DNA from: Spizellomyces punctatus DAOM BR117 | Lineage: Eukaryota | Assembly (NCBI GenBank): GCA_000182565.2 | Contig: KQ257451.1 | Length of the DNA: 40,937 nt | Direction: 5' to 3' (one strand) | In this document: in pieces, positions 34,781 through 40,937 of the stretch | Position numbering within the stretch: position 1 is the first letter of the stretch | How the letters are laid out: every line of letters begins with the position of its first letter | Made by a program: the position numbers and the translations under genes | Notes under the pieces: model-generated | Seen by the model: the letters and a program-made list of their open reading frames with translations, nothing else | What the model was told of the DNA's origin: nothing | The model's database searches: none

Positions 34781-36859
34781 GGATGGGGGATATCGTACAT
34801 CAATGCAACGAACAGGTTTCTTATCACTCCCTGATCATTGGATCAGTAAATGCTGTTGGAAACTCATTGTGTAGACAAATAATCCGATGGCAGGCCACAA
34901 CCTCCAAACTATCAGCAATGCAGGATAAAGTTCTAGAGCTGGGATCTTCTTGTTGCCCGGTGTGGTGTTCAACTGCATCACTTGGATTTGTTGTCCAGCA
35001 GGAATAAGAAAACTAGAGGGAAACTTTGTTATTCTGGTAGCCGGGCGATAGGGGGAGAGGGGTTACTGCGGTATTGCTCAAACACCGCAATGCCACGTCC
35101 ATACCATTTTACGCCCTAAGGAACTTTTGTCATCTGAGCCGACAATAATGTAAAACGAATATTGGCTCAGGCACACGACGTAAATTTGTGTCTACCAGCG
35201 CCTTTCAAACATGTAGGTCATGAGGAACGTGGTAACCACGCCGATAATAATAAAAGGTTGCATAACGGCTACAGGTAAAGTTACCCGCAGCATTGCCTCG
35301 TATGCAAATTCCCGTTAGGTGCAGTTAAATTGTTGAACTGCCTTAGTTGCGCAACGTTGGAAGCTCCAATTATTCATGTGGCTTTGGCTATTAAACATGA
35401 TTGTGAAGCTGATTCGAAAGAGGTCTTGATTCTGAAGCTGATCTTGCCCAATGTGCGGCTTGATGATCGCGGAGCCATGCGCCACATTATGTAAGGCCCC
35501 ACCCGCTCCCTCGTCCTTCTAGCCCATAAAGGCGTTTATAAAACAAGACACATCCTGGCCTTTTTCATCATCTAATGCCATCAAGCTTTCTGGCTCCATA
35601 CATGATATGCTGTCTTCACAGACCCCACACACATCGTTGTGTTCCACACAAGCGGTAGAGCCACTCAGTAGACACGAAGACTCTTCCTGTTTCGTGTCCA
35701 CTGTCTCGGAACTTTGAGCGAGAGTCCGTTTGAAACCACCATCATTAAGGTGTCTATTGTTCCTGCAAGGATAAGATGAAATCTAGTATGGTTCACTAAT
35801 AGGAATCCTTACTTGGTGCGCCCAAGACTGAGAAGCATTCGAGAGATAGGAACTGTTGCTTGTTTTAAGGTGATCAATCACATAGACATACTGCCGCTAG
35901 ATTCCAGTCAATATAGTTATCTTGGGAGGATCTCTCCCTAATTCGTCTACCGTATGATTTATGCAAAAATCTCGGTGCTCACTCGCATTCTTTGGTCGTT
36001 GATTGACCTCGCCCTTTCCGAGCTTCTCTGTTCGTTCCGCTTTACTCGACTCTCTGTTCCGCTTTACTTGACGACGACAGTTTACCCTTTGGCCACTGGC
36101 CGCTAGACCACCTGGAAACTCATAAGCGACGACTGTAAACCATCAGTAAACCTTAGAAAAATGATTTAAAAGCAAAGTCCAATTATATGCATCCGAATCA
36201 ACCCAAAAGCGTCTCGGAAATCTGCTTTAGAGGTCTTGGACTTCAATTCTAGAACCGAACTGGCCTGAGGGTATTTTAAACTTGTCGGGAAGTTAGCTGT
36301 TGGTTGAGAGGCACTGATTAATTAGGGGGACGGTTGTGCATCGCTGCAGCAGGCAGGTTGTGTGGATGAGAGCTTTATCGGAACGCGGAAGATCACTCAA
36401 CGTTATCATCCTACAGAGTTGTTCTCAATCCTGGTTCTACGAATATCTCACGGATTTAAACGTCGGTTTTAGACTGTCCGCCTTGCTCTTCAGCACGACC
36501 TTTGGGTTCATTTTTGATGGGAGCTCTGTGGAATTTGCCAAATCAACAGCCTTGAGTTAAAGAGAAAAGGTAAAAGAACTCATGTGCGTGAGCGAGTGAA
36601 AGAATGAATTCCTTGCAAAAGCTCTACCCGCTTTTTCATGCATTCCCGTTTGTGGAAACATTTTTGCCGCAAGTCATCTTGGGAAAAGTCAGATAGGACT
36701 CGTTAGAATGCTCTCTGTGTACTTTTCTGTCTTGCATAGAAAACTACTTGAAGGGTCCCATTATTTTTGTAACGAAATCGATTTGGCGTATCAGAGATGA
36801 CGATGACAGGACATGCGTCTAATACAAAGGGAAGACGACATGAAAAAGTCAAATTGCGA

Positions 36860-36981
36860 AAGATTAAAGATTGACCACCCTGTAAAACATTGATGGAGGT
36901 GCGATCATTTCTTGGGCTAGCTTCTCAGTAGAGACCAAGATAGAACGCTCACGCATTGCGGCACCAATATACCGACTACTT
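36860..36981 (+). mobile_element. Decayed Ty3/gypsy pol fragment (RT thumb / RNase H connection)
   Basis: KIKD*PPCKTLMEVRSFLGLASQ*R then, after a frameshift, SRIAAPIYRLL. This matches the gypsy pattern I.DWP.P.T..EVRSFLGLA.YYR.F...S.IAAPL..LL. Confidence 0.8.
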
Positions 36982-38449
36982 TGAATTCAAATTGACTCAA
37001 ACTTGAGATCGGGACAGACAGTCGTATGGGACACTGACTTGAATGGGTAGGCAGGTGAAACAATCCAAAGGAGCACCACTACAAACCTAAACATCCATTG
37101 CTACAGAAAATAGGGTCGCGTACAGTGCAGTCATTCTTGGTAATACATGCGACCTCAATTTGTCGCAACGCTCTAGCACAATAACTACGATGATACCTAC
37201 TCTAAGAAAAATAGGGACTACAAGCAGCTGCATGTAGCATCAATTTGTGCGGATCTTTGCAAGGCTGGTAGCAGAGAATTTATTACACTATTCTAATCCA
37301 GATGTATCTAATTGTCTTTAAATCGTTTTACAAATGAGACTATGCATCCACCGACGCCGAATACAATAGACTTGCATCGTGCTGCTGAAAGAGTGGGACG
37401 TGGACAGTCTAAAAGGCGGAGATCAGGAAAGGATACTCCACACCATGGTCATATTTACATGAAAGCGTAACGTTAACGAGTTGAGACAATCTGTGACCCA
37501 ATTTGACTGTCGCCTTGGGCTGACCTTGCGGAATCTATTATCTGCAATCTCAACAAGCTACCGATACTCTTACGCTGCACTAAAAGCCCAACACAGTCCA
37601 TTCAGATGTGATTCTACAAGTTATACAAATCGGCAACGTTCTTACAAGGTCTTCCGGGCGTTTCTGTTGGAGATCCACAGAGAACGGCGACCGGCATAGT
37701 TGACTCGCACCGGTAACTTGGGATATATCCATTCTGGGACATCCAATTACGACTGGGTTCCCTTTTAATAGCGTACAGTCCCCAGCCTCAAAGCCCAGCC
37801 TCTGGTGGCAGCGTCTAACACTGCCAAGCGAGCGGATAATACTTCATCAGTAAGAAGTACCGCGAATCCTATATTCTAAGAAGCACGATTTGAGTATATC
37901 CTCTCAAACACGCTCGAATTTCTAATGTGTGCTGGCATTACTCGCATGCCCATTGGGATGCCATCGGTTGGTTTCAGAGGGATGCACATCATTCAAAGTT
38001 CATTCCTTGTCCTAAGCGTGGCGCGTAAACATATCTGAACCTCCCTTGTTTCCGTAATCCTGTTCCTTCAATCTCCAGCATTAGGGGATCTACTTGTACA
38101 TTTGCAAAACACGATAGATAGGTGTGAGCAATCATTATACAATACCGAAGCAGCAGACGACGCTTAACCGTTTTACAAGGTAGTCCTCCATGATATCCTT
38201 AGGATGATCAAGCTTCAATAAAACCTCTGAATCCCAGCTTGGATCAAATCGAGTTGATGAAGCGGCAAACTAGCGAACGCTGGAAAATGAATACTACTGT
38301 TCAATCCAGCGTCGAAGGCACTTCCGGTGGAATCGCGTTGAAGAATACCAATGCGGTTTCCTGACAGGATGATTATCCAGCGCAACATTCCGCAATGTTT
38401 ATAATCATGCAAAAGATCCCTAACCTGCTGGGATTTGAAAGGTCGGCAA

Positions 38450-38840
38450 AAAAGTGAAAGGCAAAGGAGTACTCTAGGCGGAATAGAACACAAAGAACGG
38501 GATACGACCGAATAAGACACAAAGAATATCCAAGAGTCGTCCCACCTACTGCTAAGAACCGTTCGCATGCAACTCTAGACAAACAGAATAACTGGACACT
38601 ACAGGATAAACCGACAAATCACAAAGAATATCAACTAAGAACCGCTCATATGCAATTGTGTACACTAGCAGGATACGTAAGCACTACAGAATAAACACAA
38701 AGAATATCTAGACAGTCACAGGATGTAGAGAACCGTTCGTATGCAACTCTGGACATTACAGAGTAAAAACACAAAAGAATATCCAAGACGCGTCCCACCT
38801 ACTGTTAAGAACCGTTGGGCATGCATCTGGACACTAACAG
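38450..38840 (-). repeat. Inverted array of repeat family B
   Basis: agaaccgttcgYatgcaac-type cores at ~38555, 38638, 38729 and 38808. 38555-38632 is a near-exact reverse complement of 32256-32333. Confidence 0.9.
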
Positions 38841-39778
38841 GGACTGCCTCGCCCTCGCACGCACTGGTAGATGGGGATTTGCCCATAATTAAAGAGGTCA
38901 TGCGCTATGGCTGACATGGCCAGCTACTCGGTGAAGACAGGTACCGAATATTTCATACATATTGCACCGGCTGAACCTTACCGCAGAATGGATACTTTGG
39001 CGGTTACTTACACTGGTCTCCCTGCAAGCTTCCCACTACCGCATCCCATTCCCCTCACGACCTTAGCGTTTCACCCGAGAAAAATCACTAGGCCACATTT
39101 GCTTAATCACTAGGCTACTTTATGTGGCAGGGCCGCACAAAAGTGTGCCATTTGCTTCCTCACTTGCCTAGAGAGAGATACGGTTAAAGTTCCTTAATAA
39201 CGGTAGCGCACTTGTATTTGGCTATCGATCAATCATATCCGTCCCAATAGTATCGAATCATAATGGGTGGGAATCATAATGGGTGACGACACTTGTAGCA
39301 AAATGGTCCTTTTCCGAAGCGCTTACTGTAGGGAACCTTCTATATTTCTCACCAGTATCACTCTCTTCCGCAATATTCTCCGAAAATATCATCAAATTAA
39401 AAAGAAAGGGGAGGGCAAAGATTGGGAGCAAGACGATACAGGTTGCACGACGGGAGCAACAAAAGCCCAGATGCAGGCCACCACAGCCCTTAGTCCGCTA
39501 GAGGCATCAGTTGGGTTAGATAACCGGTAATGGATACATGTCCAGGTGCAGGTGTAATTTTCTGCTGCTGTATCAATGTAACAGACTCGTTCAACGGGCA
39601 CAACAATAGCAGACATGCCAGTTGATCGAACATTTTTGCAGATCCTGTGGTCTATTACACTGAGCCCGATCGTTAGGCCTAGCAATTATCAAATCAACAA
39701 TTCCATTTTCCGAACTATCCAAATGTGCACATGTCCATATAATAAGCAAAACACTCATATATCGAAATAGCTTTGAAC

Positions 39779-39830
39779 CCTGTTAGTGTTCAGAGTTGCA
39801 TACGAACGGTTCTTTGCAGTAGGTGGGATC
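39779..39830 (+). repeat. Solo family-B unit in the NOP7 upstream region
   Basis: cctgttagtgttcagagttgcatacgaacggttctttgcagtaggtggga. Confidence 0.85.
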
Positions 39831-39945
39831 TCGACGAGGCGCGGTAAACATCACGTGATGCTGCGTAAGCATATGAATTCTTTTTCACCAAAAACTAGCA
39901 AGTCTGGGTTTCCAACTACACATACATTGCGACTGATCCCTCAAC

Positions 39946-40937
39946 ATGGGCAAGAAGCAAAAGAAGGGAGAGAAGGGAGCGGTGACAAACTTTATCACCC
40001 GAACTCAAGCTGTCAAAAAGCTGCAGATTAGTTTGGCCCATTTCAGGTGTGTTGCTCATCTGCTTATGCCGCTCGCTGTTGTTGAGCCCTGAGCTCACAC
40101 ATTTTTGAGTTTAGACGGTTATGTATTTTGAAAGGAATCTACCCTCGGGAACCCAAGAACAAGAAGAAGGTGGGAAAGGGTTCCACCGCTCCCAAAACAT
40201 ACTACTACCGCAAAGACATTCAATTCCTCCTCCACGAACCTGTTCTCCACACCCTCCGTGAGCAAAAAATCTTTGCTCGAAAACTCAGCAAGGCCATCGC
40301 AAAGCGTGAATGGTCGCAAGCAAAGAATCTGGAGGAAAGTAAACCAGAGTATACACTTGACCATATCATCCGAGAACGATACCCAACGTTCGTCGATGCC
40401 CTGAGGGATTTGGATGATGCCCTATCAATGGTCTTTCTGTTTGCTACCCTACCGGCTACCGATAAGATAAAAAGTGAACATGTGCGTCAGTGTCAGAGAC
40501 TGAGCGCGGAATTCCAGCACTACGTTATGGTGTCGAGGAGCTTGAGAAAGGTGTTTTTGTCCATCAAAGGAATCTACTACCAGGCTGAAATCAAAGGGCA
40601 GCAAATAACTTGGATTGTACCCTATCAGTTCTCACAACACGTAAGACTACCGTGTCTGATTGTGTCATTGAAAGCGCGCGCTGAACATGATATATCAATA
40701 GGTTCCCACCGACGTCGACTTTAGAGTTATGTCCACCTTTTTGGAGCTTTACGAGACACTGCTCGGCTTTGTCAATTTCAAGCTATACAGTGACTTGAAT
40801 TTGGTGTATCCTCCAAAGATCGATGAGGAGCAAGACGCAGGAGCAGCTGGATTGGCCGCGTATATTCTGGAATCCACGGACGGAAACGATATTGTGACTG
40901 CAATTGCAAAGAAGGAAGGGAATGAGGCTCAACGGTG
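39946..40937 (+). CDS. NOP7: Pescadillo / Nop7 (PeBoW complex, 60S biogenesis), 3' partial
   Basis: [47 protein letters not shown]...[23 protein letters not shown]...[11 protein letters not shown]...[17 protein letters not shown]. Introns 40047-40114 and 40641-40701. Confidence 0.97.

Noticed and set aside
35300-38440. Fragmentary minus-strand frames, including a RING-like FHRKCLRRW word near 38320
   Set aside because: Multiple stops, no consistent exon chain, and the motif is too short to assign.

Overview
Eukaryotic, intron-containing fungal DNA. A clear CEP120 centriole gene points to a flagellated (chytrid-like) fungus. The left half (1-19.9 kb) is ordinary: TCF25/RQC1 (5' partial), a Crz1-like C2H2 factor, an M14 carboxypeptidase, a cAMP-receptor-like GPCR, CEP120, an SRPBCC protein and a PP2C phosphatase. 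NOP7/pescadillo starts at the right edge. Between them lies a ~20 kb gene-poor, repeat-rich island. Its only long ORF is intronless (27615-30551, frame open to 30728 past one stop) and by eye reads as a divergent GIY-YIG nuclease followed by a uracil-DNA-glycosylase-superfamily fold. The ORF is bracketed by inverted tRNA-5'-like motifs and sits next to an intron-containing tRNA-Ile(UAU). Three decayed copies of its 5' end lie nearby: two interleaved in a foldback and one between outward-facing telomeric repeats. A second repeat family forms large inverted blocks, and there is a Ty3/gypsy relic. All domain calls were made by eye, with no database search.
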